This document shows positions 15,857-50,744 of a stretch of DNA of 64,000 nucleotides, piece by piece. A program made the position numbers and the translations under genes. The stretch lies in the NCBI RefSeq assembly GCF_009914755.1, contig NC_060933.1; one strand, 5' to 3'. The notes under the pieces were generated by a model. The model had not been told where the DNA came from, searched no databases, and worked only from the letters and a program-made list of their open reading frames with translations. The DNA is from the human T2T-CHM13v2.0 reference genome, Homo sapiens. Position 1 is the first letter of the stretch, and the number at the start of each line of letters is the position of its first letter.

Positions 15857-17490
15857 TTTTTTATTTTTAAAATTTATTTATTTTTAATTGACAAATAATA
15901 ATTATGCGTATTTATGGGGTACAATGTGTATTAGTTTGTTTTTATGCTGCTAATAAAGACATACTCAAGACTGGGTAGTTTATAAAGGAAGAGGTTTAAT
16001 GGACTCACAGTTCCACCTGACTGAGGAGGCCTCACAATCATGATGGAAGGCAAAGCAGAAGCAAAGGCACATCTTACATGGCAGCAGGCAAGAAAGCTTG
16101 TGCAGGGGAACTCCCATTTATAAAATCATCAGATCTTGTGAGACTTACTACCATGAGAACAGTATGGGGGAAACCACCCCCATGATTCAATTATCTCCAC
16201 CTGGCCCCACCCTTGACATGTGGGCATTATTACAATTCAAGGTGATATTTGGGTGGGGACACAGCCAAACCATATCAAATATGATTTTTTTTTTTTTTTG
16301 AGACAGGGTCTTGCTCTGTTACCCAGGCTGGAGTGCAGTGGCATGATCACAGTTCACAGCAGCCTTAATCTCCTGGACTCAAGCAATCTTCCCATCTCAG
16401 CCTCCTGAGCAGAACTACAAGCACATGCCACCCTGCCTGGCTAATTTTCTTTTCATTTTTTTAAGAGACGGTTTCACTCTGTTGCCCAGGCTGGTCTCAG
16501 ACTCCTAAGCTCAGACGATCTGCCCACCTTGGCCTCCCAGAATGCTGGGATTTACAGGTGTGAGCCACTGCTCCTGGCTAATATGATGATTTTATCTGTG
16601 TATTTGTTGTGGAAAGATTCAATCAAGCTAATTAACAAATCCTTCACTTCACTGACTTGTAATTTTTTTGTGTGTGATGAGGATGTTAAAAATCTTTTAG
16701 CAATTTTGAAATATATAATACATTATTATTAACTGAGTTTAGTTACCATGCAGGTATAATAGATCACTAAGACTTCTTCTTCCTAACTGAAACTTTGCAT
16801 TCATTCATCAACATCTCTCCTTTCCCCATTTCTCCTCCTCCCCACCTCCCTCTCCCAGCCTCTGGTAACCACCTCCCTATTCTCTGCTTCCATGAGAGTG
16901 ACTTTGTAAGATTTCACATATAAGTGAGGTCATACAGTACTTGTCTTTCTGTGCCTGGCTTATTTCACATAGCATAATGTCCTCCAGTTCCATCCATGTT
17001 GTGAATGTTTCTGTCTTTTTAAAGGCTGTGTAGTATTCCAGTGCATCTACATACCATATTTTCTCTCTTTCTATTTTTTTTTTTTGAGATGGAGTCTTGC
17101 TCTGTTGCCCAGGCTGGAGCGCAGTGGTACAATCTCGATCTCGGCTCACTGCAACCTCTGCCACCCAGGTTCAAGCAAGTCTCTGCCTCAGCCTCCCAAG
17201 TAGCTGGGATTACAGGCGCACGCCACCACTCCTGGCTAATTTTTGTATTTTTAGTAGAGATGGGTTTTACCATCTTGGCCAGGCTGGTCTTGAACTCCTG
17301 ACCTCGTGATCCACCCGCCTCAGCCTCTCAAAGTGCTGGGATTACAGGCGTGAGCCACCACGCCTGGCCACCACATTTTCTTTATCCATGTATCTGTTGA
17401 TGGACACTTAGGTTGCTTCCATATCTTGGCTATTGGGAATAATGCTGAAATGAACCCAGACGTGCAGATATCCCCTTGACATACCCCAAA
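15857..17490 (-). mobile_element. L1MA-type 3' fragment interrupted by a THE1 LTR and two Alus
   Basis: tttaattgacaaataat...atttatggggtacaatgtg...gatttcacatataagtgagg...gttgatggacacttaggttgcttcc; Alus at about 16284-16580 and 17074-17369. Confidence 0.8.
15926..16277 (-). mobile_element. THE1 (MaLR) solo LTR
   Basis: tgtattagtttgttttt...gggtggggacacagccaaaccatatca is the reverse complement of THE1 termini. Confidence 0.85.
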
Positions 17491-19363
17491 GGTGAGTCAT
17501 AAATGCCTCCCAGGCTACAGCATGTTCCAGTGGAGAATAAATATCCCGCAGAATCTTCACTTTCCCTGAGAAGTTCTGTTTGGATGAATCCCTGGCTGGA
17601 AAAATTTTTTTAAGGAGAATGAAGGGGAACATAAAGGTCAGAAAGTCTCCCCTCTCAGTTTCTTAACCCAGTTCATAGGTAGCAGACTTTGAAGAAAAGA
17701 AAATGTAATATTTGTTGAGCATCTAATATGTGGTAAGTATTTTTGCTTCCATTGTTGTATTGAACACTCACAAAATACTTCTATTTTATAGTGGGGGAAC
17801 TGTGGCCCAACGAATTGAAGCAACAAGGCCAAGATCACACAGACAGTGTGATGTAAACCCAGGTCAGTGTGTCCCTTTTTGCCAAGAGAGTGACAGAAAA
17901 CCATAGATGGTTTAGGGTGACAGCAACCAAAGGATGGCAGGGGAGGCAAGCGGGAGTGATGAGCTAGGGTGGTGGGGGTTGCTGGGGGACTGAGAGTGAG
18001 GGTCAGAGGAGACTGGGGTGCAGACAAGGTAGGCTGAATGGTCTGTCAGAGAAGAGGTGAGAAGATAAGGGAGTGGGCAGCCCAGAGACGCTTTGCAGGT
18101 GAAGGCCTAGTCATGGAACTTGTGGCCTCAGTGAGGTGGCAACAGGTCAGGTGCTGGTTTGTGGACCTTTAGCACTTGGGAATTAAGATCCTCCTAAGAA
18201 TCTGGCAGGTGAGTCCCTCCAAGGAGGTTCCCAGCGCTCTCCTCTGTGCTTTGTCTTCTGTTCCTGAGGCTCACCCCATCATCTCGGAGCTTCTTGAGAG
18301 GTGAGGACTCCCGGGGCCTGTCTGGAGGTTGGCCAAGATGTCATGTTCTGAGTATTTGCAGGATGGGTGCAGTGGAACTGAAGGAATCACAGAGCAGCGA
18401 GGTCACGCCTGTGTGCTGGGTGTCAGGTGCCCCGAGGAGGCTCCCAGTTTCTGTCCTAAGGGTGGCCTGGAGGAGGGGTTCAGGTTTGGAGTCTCTGGGG
18501 TGCTCACAGAGCTGGTGCTCCTCTCCTCACGAGTGGGTGGCTATGGGCAGCCGGCTGCACGTCCTACTCACCACCCAGTTCTTTCTTGTGGTCCTGTGGT
18601 CCTGGCTGGATGGCTGGGCCTCCTCCTTCCCCGGTGCCTTGGTGACTCACATAACCCCGCCCCACCACAACACACACATCCCTCCCCACCAACACAAACA
18701 CCCCACATTTACCCCACACAACTACTGGGCAGCCCCACAAGAGAGCCCCAGGTTGGATGGAGGGAAGACTGACTCCTCCCAGCTGTGGAGCCGGGGCAGC
18801 TCTCCCTGTCAAGCTGCTCTGAGGGGCTGGGATCAGGATCCCAGCAGCTCCTTCATTTCTTGTTCATTCTTGGCTTAAAATATGTATATTTGTGGGGATA
18901 GCACACATAGAGAGAAGCCAGAGCCTGAAATTTTGGAACTGCAGTTCAACAAGCAGAAATCTCTAGCCGAGTCATCTCATCTCTCTTTGCCTGAGTTTCC
19001 TTATCTGTAAAATGTACATAATGCTCTCTTGCAGGGTGATGGAGAGGATCAAACAAGATAACAAAAGCCAAAGTGTGTGTGAACTGTAATCAGAGTTTAT
19101 AGTTTACAAACATATAAATAGTCATTCATTCATTCATCCATTTAACAAAGGCTGGTGAAAGCCTTATTAAGCACCAGGCAGTGTCCTGAGCCTTTTACAA
19201 GCATTAACTCATTTGATCCTCCTAACAACCCTATGAGGATGGTGCTAGGATTGCCCCCCATTTTATAGACGAGGAAACTGAGACACAGAGGATTTAAGTA
19301 GCTTGCTCAATGCCATCTGGTTAGTAAATGGTACAGCTGGGATTCACACCTAGTCCTCTTTGA

Positions 19364-19789
<426 letters not shown>

Positions 19790-20244
19790 TTATCCAGGGA
19801 CAGAGGTAGCTTTCTGAGGGTGGAAGTTGGATATGTGGGGCGGAGGAAGGGTTGCAAATTTTGGTTGTTAGCCAGCTAAGATTTCTGCCCTGCGCAGGAC
19901 AGTCCTACACACATTGTCAACAGCACCCCATTGAGAAAATATTCAAGAAAAGAGCACAGGCATTGGAGTCATTCCAGACCTCGGCCAAGTCCCAGCCTTA
20001 CCATTCCAAGACTGTGTGACTTGGACAAGTCGCTTTACGTTCTTAGCCTCAGTTTCCACCTCTGAAAAACATGATTGGAGACATTATGTATGTGAAGTAC
20101 CAGAAGTATCTAGCATGCCTTGGTTGCTCAATAAACACGAAGGTCTTTTCCTGCTTAAGCAAATACCAAGAAGTATGGAGAAGAAGCAGTTTTGGCTTCC
20201 GGCATCCTTGCAAACCCCTCTCCCTCTCTCTTGAGGAGGTCTGA

Positions 20245-20796
<552 letters not shown>

Positions 20797-21348
20797 GACT
20801 GCAACCAGTTTTCTATTGGGGAACATCCTGCTCCCATTCTCAGTCGCCTGGGCATGTGGTCTGGGACTGGCCAGTCAGCATGCGGACATTCCATCTTCCT
20901 GTTCACAGCCGTTGGTTCAGGTATAGGTGCATGAGCTAGCCCTGGAGCAATTACAAGTGTCCCAGGAACTCCTGGTACCAAGAAAAAGGCCAAGAGACAG
21001 GCATTCTCTTACCATATGGGATTGGGGCATGAGAACAGTGTAAGCCTGGAGCTGCCTGAGACCTCTGTAACATCACTTGGGGAGCACCTGCCTGAGGATG
21101 AAGCCAACAAGAGGAAAAGGAGAAGGAGATGAGAGGGAGAAGAAGAGAGGTGGGGTGGAGAGAGAGAGGGGCAGCGGTGGGTAGGAGAGAGAACCTGATA
21201 TGATTTCTGGATACAGCCTTGCCTGTCTATGGATTTTCAGCTTGAGAGAAAATACTTCCCCTTCTTTTGCAAAAATTAGTTAGAATTGTGTCTGTTGCTT
21301 GTAATAGAAATAATCTTCACTTATTCAGGGGCTAAAAACACCTACGTT

Positions 21349-21703
<355 letters not shown>

Positions 21704-24258
21704 CTACATCAAAAAATTGCTGTGTAGATCAAAAGGGAAGATAACGTAAGCAAAAATGTTTCTTTATACTGTATATGGCTGAATGACGGTAAGTTATTAA
21801 TGAAGTGTTAAAGCAGGAACGCGCATTCCATGCAACTGACGAGTCAGTCAGTCCAGTTCTGTTTGAAAGGCTTGAGAAAATGGACTTTTACGGTTCTTGC
21901 CTGAGAACAGAAGGAGTTTTTGGAAGTGTGGATTCTTGTCCCCTAAATTATCAGTTCAATGGGAGTAGGTTTTCTAAGGAGGAGGTGTCCTTGCATTGGG
22001 TCACACTGTTTCTTATGTGATTTGTTCCAAGGTCGCTTACTTTACAAGAGGCCATAGCACAGTGAGGAAAGATACCTGGCCTGTTTGGGCAAGTCCCTTC
22101 CTGGCTTTGAGTCTCTGATTTTGTCACCTGAGTGGGGCTGGATTGGGCCTTCTCCTAGGGAGCAGCTGGCTCTGACCCACTGTGGTCTTGCTATTCCCAG
22201 ACCTTATCTTGGGACAAGAGAAGTCTGCTCACTTCTGCTGTCTGCAGCATGCACTGGTTACTGGATTCTCCAGAGAAGCCACCCGTCAGAAACCACAGCT
22301 CATGCTAGAACGAGGCTCTTTCTGGAGTCTGGGAGACATTTCCGACTCACTGTCCCTTCCCTGTCTATTCCAAAAAATTCGATTTCTCAACCTGCTTTGC
22401 AGCCAAGTGAGGCCACGTGACACGGTTCTGGTGAAAGAAATATAAAGTGGAAATCTCCTGAGGCTGTCTCTTCCCTTTCCAACCTTTTCCTGTTTGGAAC
22501 ATGGGCATGAAGTGCTAACTGCAAGGACACAAACTATTTTGAGGATGACGGAGCGGAAAGATGGAAAGAATCTGGACTCCTGATGGCACTGCTGAGACGC
22601 CGAGAAGCCACAACAGGGCTGGGCTGCTTACCTCTGGACTTCTTGTCATCTGAGAGAAATAATTCTCCCTCCTTTTTTGGGCTTAGGCCTCCATATTTGG
22701 GGTTTTTGATATATGTAACCACATGCATTCCTGATACACTAAGCTAGCACTTGCCTGCAACCATTCTCTCTTTCTCTTTTGTTTTTTTAGAGAGATGGAG
22801 TCTTGCTAAGTTGCCCAGGTTGGTCTTGAACTCCTGAACTCAAGCAATCCTCCCACCTTGGCCTCCCAAAGTGGGATTACAGGCATAAGCCACCGCGCCT
22901 GGCCGCTATTCTCTCTTAAATTCTTTCTAAGCGTCTAGTCCAACTTTTTTTTTTTTCTTGCCTTTGGGGCCATAATGACAGAATTGGAGTAATTTTATAC
23001 TTATTAATTATAATAATTCTACCAGTAATTATTACTTACTGAGTGCCTCCTGAATGTTAGGAATTGAGCTAAGTGATTTTATTCTCACAACGGTCCCAGG
23101 AAACAAATACTATTATTTTCCTCATTTTCAGATGAGGAAACTGAGGCTCAGAGATGACAAATGACTGGTTCAAATTCACACAGCTAGAATTGAAGCTGGG
23201 CTCTGAACCCAGGTCTGCCTTACGCCAAAACTCCTGCTCTTCATCCTCAGCATGGCTAGTTCACCAAGCTTAGTTAACAGGTAGGGAAACTGAGGTCCAA
23301 GAGGAAGAGTTACTAGCTCAAGGTCATGCAGTGATTTCAGGGGGTCATGTTACAAGAAATCAGACAGACTGGGTCCCCATTCCAGGGCTCTTTCTATGAT
23401 ATCCTGCTGCTTAGCAAATGGCAGGGCCTGAAGTCCAGGCTGAGGTCTGGGGATGATGGGAGCTATTGAATGTTCTAAGCAGAATTAGGAGAGTGTTCCA
23501 CATGCCAGACGAGGGTTGTGGAAACACTTCCTCTTCCTTCAACTATGGTGGAGAAGGAAGTGGGGTGAGAGGACTTGTATTTTACAGCCCCATAAACTTC
23601 CTGAGCAACGTCCCCTAGCCAGAGAATGGCTCTTTCCCCTGGTTTGTCCGTCACAGGTGGCTGAGTCCCCTGATCCCAGGAGCTGATGTCTGAGGCTCTG
23701 CGGATTACACTGATGGTGGGGGCTGGCTGGGGAGGATGCCATGGTGTGACCACTCAGCCATCCTGTGCCAAGCAGATGGTGCTGGCTGTCTAGTGGAGAG
23801 GTCTGCGGGACAGGGCACCTGCAGTGGAAACTCCCCAGATGAACTTGGGGACTCTCCACTTAGAGTCTCCTGCTTGTTTATCTTCTTGGCCCATTCCTGG
23901 CAGGATTTGGGTGTTTGTTTAAGGATTCAGGGTTTGAGATCCAAGATAACCAGCGATGAGCGTAATAGGGAGTTACACTTGTAAATGTTGAAATCATACA
24001 GGCCATGGCTCAAATCCCAGCTCTACCACCCATATATAGCCTGTGGTATAGGCTATAGCAAGTCAGTTAATTTTCCTGTTTATAAAAATGGAGACAAGAG
24101 GAACATCTACCTCATGGGGCTGTTAGGAGTTATAAAGGGGATGATGCACCAAAAATCTTTAGCATAATGTCTGCCACATGGTAAGTGCCCCAGAAGTGGT
24201 TAAAACTCCTCCCACTTTTCTTCCTCTCTGCATAATCTACGGACATCTTTGAGCCTCA

Positions 24259-24665
<407 letters not shown>

Positions 24666-27600
24666 CATTATTTTGTGACTCTCAGTTCTCAGCTTCTCAG
24701 CTGAACTATGTTGCTTAAATTGGATCCCACACATCGCTCCACAAGCCGACTACCACCCTAGCGAGCCTTTCTGTTTCCTTTTAACTTCAAACACTCGTTG
24801 GTTATGCTGGGGCTTGGGTACAGGTACCCGGTATTCCAGAACAAAAGGGTTGGGCCTTGAAACCTGACTCTTACTGGTTGTGCATCTTGGACAAGCTGCT
24901 TCAACACTGGGCCTCACTTTCTTTCTCTGTAAATGGAAGTGATGATACTGACTTTATAAGGTTGTTGAGAAAAATCACATGTAACAGTGCATTTAAAACA
25001 CATAGCATTCTACCCTGCACATAGTAGATATTCAAGAAATATTAGCCATTATTATTATTACCTCCAATGGTCAACCCTAGCCTGGTTCTGAGTAGGTAAA
25101 GAGGAGGAGGAAGGGAATTTTTCATGCAACCCTCTTGCTCAGGTAGGGAGTAGAAGCGAGGGCCAATAAAGAACTAGCATTGAGCTCCTACTGAATGCTG
25201 GGGATGCTCACAGGGACTATCTTACTTCATCCTCACAACAACTCTTGCAAGAGTGGCATTATTAACCACGTTTTTACAGGTGGGGGAACTGAGGTCCACA
25301 AAGGGCAGTTTGCTGCTTAAGGTCACACTGAGAGGTCAGGTGGGGTGGAGGACTGGGATTTGAAGAGATATTGGATTGAGTCCAGAGCCTTCCTGCCTGA
25401 CTGAGAAGCTGCCTACACAGGTGGGGCCGGGTGGGGCTGGGTCCATGAGTGATTCAGGTAAGAGTCAGCTCTGGTTTTCCAAATAGTGGGTGGGGCCCAG
25501 CAGGAGTGAGACCTCTCCAGGAGCATTACAATCCAGGCTGTAGCTAGGGTGAGCAGGAGGGCACGTGATTGGTGTGGATAATGGGGAGGGGGCTATGCAG
25601 AGAGAAATCCTATCCCTTGTTACCAGTGGGGTATAGGGAAGGAGGTCCTTGCTGCCTTAGCTGGGAAGGGCTCAGGGCCTGGGGTGAAGCTGGGCCTGTG
25701 GGACAGCTGGGGGTGCTGGCCCATGGGACAAGCTGGAGAAGGCAGGGAAACTGAGGCAGGCAGTGATACTTTTGGTGGCCGTCACAGCAGATGGGTGGTT
25801 GGCAGTCACTTCGATGAGGCTGGTGCTGGACCTGGTCTGTTTTTTTAATGCATTCACTACTCTTTTAGATACTCATTCATTTCTTTGTTCAAGCAACAAA
25901 CATTCCCTGGATGTCTTTTATCCGCCAGATCCTATGCTTGGCCTTGGGGCTACAAGAGTGACCAGGACTCTTATAGCCTCATAATGTTTGGGGGCAGAGG
26001 GACAATGTGATCAGGAGTGGCACTGCTGTGGCCAGGGAAGGCACAGGGGCTTCCTAGAGGAGAGAAGGGGGAGGAGGAGGCATGTTAGAGGAGGCCTACC
26101 AGGGGACATGGGAGGTGGACTTGCCCTATAAGTGGAAGCTCACAATCTTGAGGACTAGGATGGTGACACCAGTCCTAGGCATTTAGACTATAGCTTTGCA
26201 GTAGGGAGCAGGAAAAGGTGGCCCTGTGCTGTGGTCTCTTTCCCAGGGCTGGGGCAAGGGCTACCCCAGACCTCTCCCCTGTGTATCCAGCTGCATGCTG
26301 GGGCGGTTGGGGGTGCTGGCCCATGGGCCAAGCTGGAGAAGGCAGGGAAGGTTTGATCCTCCTCATTCCTTGAAGTGGATCAAATACAAGAAGCCCAAAT
26401 TCAAATTCCACCTACCCATGCCAGCTCCCCTTCCCTGGATATTACCACCAGCATTGAGCCAGAAGGCTAGGTGTCCTCAGCACCTTTCTTCCCCTAAGCT
26501 CTAGTGCTAATCGGTCACCAAGCCCTGGCACTTCTGCCACCATTTCTCTCATCTACCTTCTCCCCACTCCATGCTCTTGGTCCTGCCTCATCCCTGGAGG
26601 GCTGCCTCGGCACCCTGCCTGCTCTCTCAGACTCCATCCTCTCCTGTATTGCAGCTGTGTTGAGATCTGTGGTGCTGGTCACAGAGCCTGGCTGCAGTGA
26701 GGGCTCAATTGCTCCATGCTGGAACTGGACCAGTCCTCAGAGACCATCTGATCTGCTCATTCTGTTGTTCAAATGGGGAAACAGAGGCCCAGTGAGGCCT
26801 AGCGGCTTGTTTAAGGTCACGCTATGGAAGAAGTGACTTGAACTCACTTCTGATTCTGAGGTGAAGGCTCTTCCCATTAGTGCCAGGGCCACACAAGTGT
26901 TTCTTGTTTTGAGTGCAGATGGGTGGCTTGGAAGTCAGCAGGAGGCACAGGTGTGGTGACTTGATGGGCTCAGGGCCCAAAGGGAGGGAGGGCCTGGGAG
27001 TGGAAGATGGAACCTCATTCAAGCCCGTCTCTCCTTTCTTCTCACCAGAAACTCCCCCTTTCTTTGGACAACTGGACCCCCACACCTCCACCCTGTCCCC
27101 ATCCCTTTTGCTGATAATCCCATCTCCTTGCCCTGTAAATGCTAGGGGGCCCTTGATTTGGGGAGGAAGGGAAGGCTGAAGCCGGTCCCGGCACCCTGAG
27201 AGCCCCAGGGCCCTCCAATGCCCCACTCCTTCTCCAGGTCTGCCCTGGCTTGCTCTGTCTCCCTAGGGCAGCTGGCTTTTGTCCCAGGGGAGCATGGGAA
27301 CAGCTTGGGTGAGAATGGGGGAGGGGCTTCCCAGCAGGTTTCACCTCTCCCACCTGGCATAATTTCTACCCTGCACCCAGTGATGCCCAGGAGCCAGCAC
27401 AAGAACCTCTGAGCTCTCCTGCCGGCTTTCCCCACTGTGGGGCCCACAGGATGGCTGGGTGTGCTGGGGAAACTGAGGGAGATGACTTGTGGGTGCCAGC
27501 ACCATGGGACTTTGGGTGATCTTGGACCTATTCCTTCCTCCTTCTAGGTGCTTCCTGAGCTGGCGAAAAGGAGAGCTGGATGCTGGGATTCTATAAATTC

Positions 27601-27939
27601 GGCGGTGGATGTGAGTCTAGCTACAGCATGGACCCTGGCCAGCCCTGGAATCTGAGTTCAGAGATCTTTGAAAAAATGCCTTCCGATAACTGAGCACCTA
27701 CTACATGCTGGACACTGCACCAGGAGATTTGTGTGCATTCCCTCATTGAATCTTACAACCACCCTCTGGGATGGTTTTTGCTATTAAGCCGATTTTATAG
27801 ATGAGAATACTGAGGGCTAGAAAAGATAAGTACCTTGTCCAAGGTGACACGGCCAGTAAGCTGTGGAGTCTGGATTTGAACTAGGCTCTCTTGGAGTTTG
27901 GAGCCCGGTCTTTTCATTTCTGGCAGAGACCTGTGGCTT

Positions 27940-28553
27940 CAGGGGGCGGAGCCCAGCCCATGGGGGAAGTAAGTCCTTCCTGTTAGATCTGTCTGAGGAG
28001 TAGTGAGTTTCTCATCTAGGAAACCATCAGCAGGCCAGGCTGGACTGCCCCATTTCTAGCCCCCTTTCTTCTCTGCAGACTGCCCTGTTTCTAGCCCCTT
28101 TTCTTCTCTACCCTTTTCTGTAGAGTGCGTTAGACCCATTTTACAGAAGGGGACTCTGAGACCCTTTCTTCTCTGCGGGGCAGGGTATGTGGTTCAGACG
28201 AGCCGCTTCCATCCCCAGTTCTGTCCCTAAGCCCTGGGTGACCTCAGCATTGAGCATCGTCTCTGAGCCTCAGTTTCCTGTCTATATCTAGTGCCACCAG
28301 GCATCAGAAACGTAAGTGCTTCAAGGATCTTGGGTGAAAAGCCGCTTTAGCGGCGAGCATACACTAATTAATAAAATGCCTTGGCCGGGGCTGGGCAGAG
28401 GAAGTAAGCGGGCAGCCGAGGTGACAGCTGGAGGGAGGAGCGGGGGTGGAGCCGGGGGAAGGGTGGGGAGGGGATGGGCTGGAGCTCCGGGCAGTGTGCG
28501 AGGCGCACGCACAGGAGCCTGCACTCTGCGTCCCGCACCCCAGCAGCCGCGCC
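27940..28553 (+). promoter_or_regulatory. PTGS1 TATA-less promoter / 5'UTR with Sp1 boxes
   Basis: GGGGGCGGAG at 27942 (about -610 from ATG) and GGGGGTGGAG at 28442 (about -111), matching the Sp1 elements known for this promoter; ETS motif AGAGGAAGT at 28397; CpG-rich 28330-28790. Confidence 0.85.
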
Positions 28554-50004
<21,451 letters not shown>

Positions 50005-50738
50005 GGGGCAGGAAAGCAGCATTCTGGAGGGGAGAGCTTTGTGCTTGTCATTCCAGAGTGCTGAGGCCAGGGCTGATGGTCTTAAATGCTCATTTTCTGG
50101 TTTGGCATGGTGAGTGTTGGGGTTGACATTTAGAACTTTAAGTCTCACCCATTATCTGGAATATTGTGATTCTGTTTATTCTTCCAGAATGCTGAACTCC
50201 TTGTTAGCCCTTCAGATTGTTAGGAGTGGTTCTCATTTGGTCTGCCAGAATACTGGGTTCTTAGTTGACAACCTAGAATGTCAGATTTCTGGTTGATTTG
50301 TAACACAGTCATTCTAGGATGTGGAGCTACTGATGAAATCTGCTAGAAAGTTAGGGGGTTCTTATTTTGCATTCCAGAATCTTGACTTTCTGATTGGTGA
50401 TTCAAAGTGTTGTGTTCCTGGCTGATGATCCAGAACAGTGGCTCGTATCCCAAATCTGTCAGCATCTGGCTGTCTAGAATGTGGATTTGATTCATTTTCC
50501 TGTTCAGTGAGATATCATAGAGACGGAGATCCTAAGGTCCAACAAGAATGCATTCCCTGAATCTGTGCCTGCACTGAGAGGGCAAGGAAGTGGGGTGTTC
50601 TTCTTGGGACCCCCACTAAGACCCTGGTCTGAGGATGTAGAGAGAACAGGTGGGCTGTATTCACGCCATTGGTTGGAAGCTACCAGAGCTCTATCCCCAT
50701 CCAGGTCTTGACTCATGGCAGCTGTTTCTCATGAAGCT

Positions 50739-50744
50739 AATAAA
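50739..50744 (+). terminator. Proximal polyadenylation signal AATAAA
   Basis: gctAATAAAattcgc, about 735 nt after the stop, with U-rich sequence downstream. Confidence 0.85.

Noticed and set aside
18246-18878. 210-aa ORF
   Set aside because: Non-ATG start, no recognisable homology and no splice context; likely chance.
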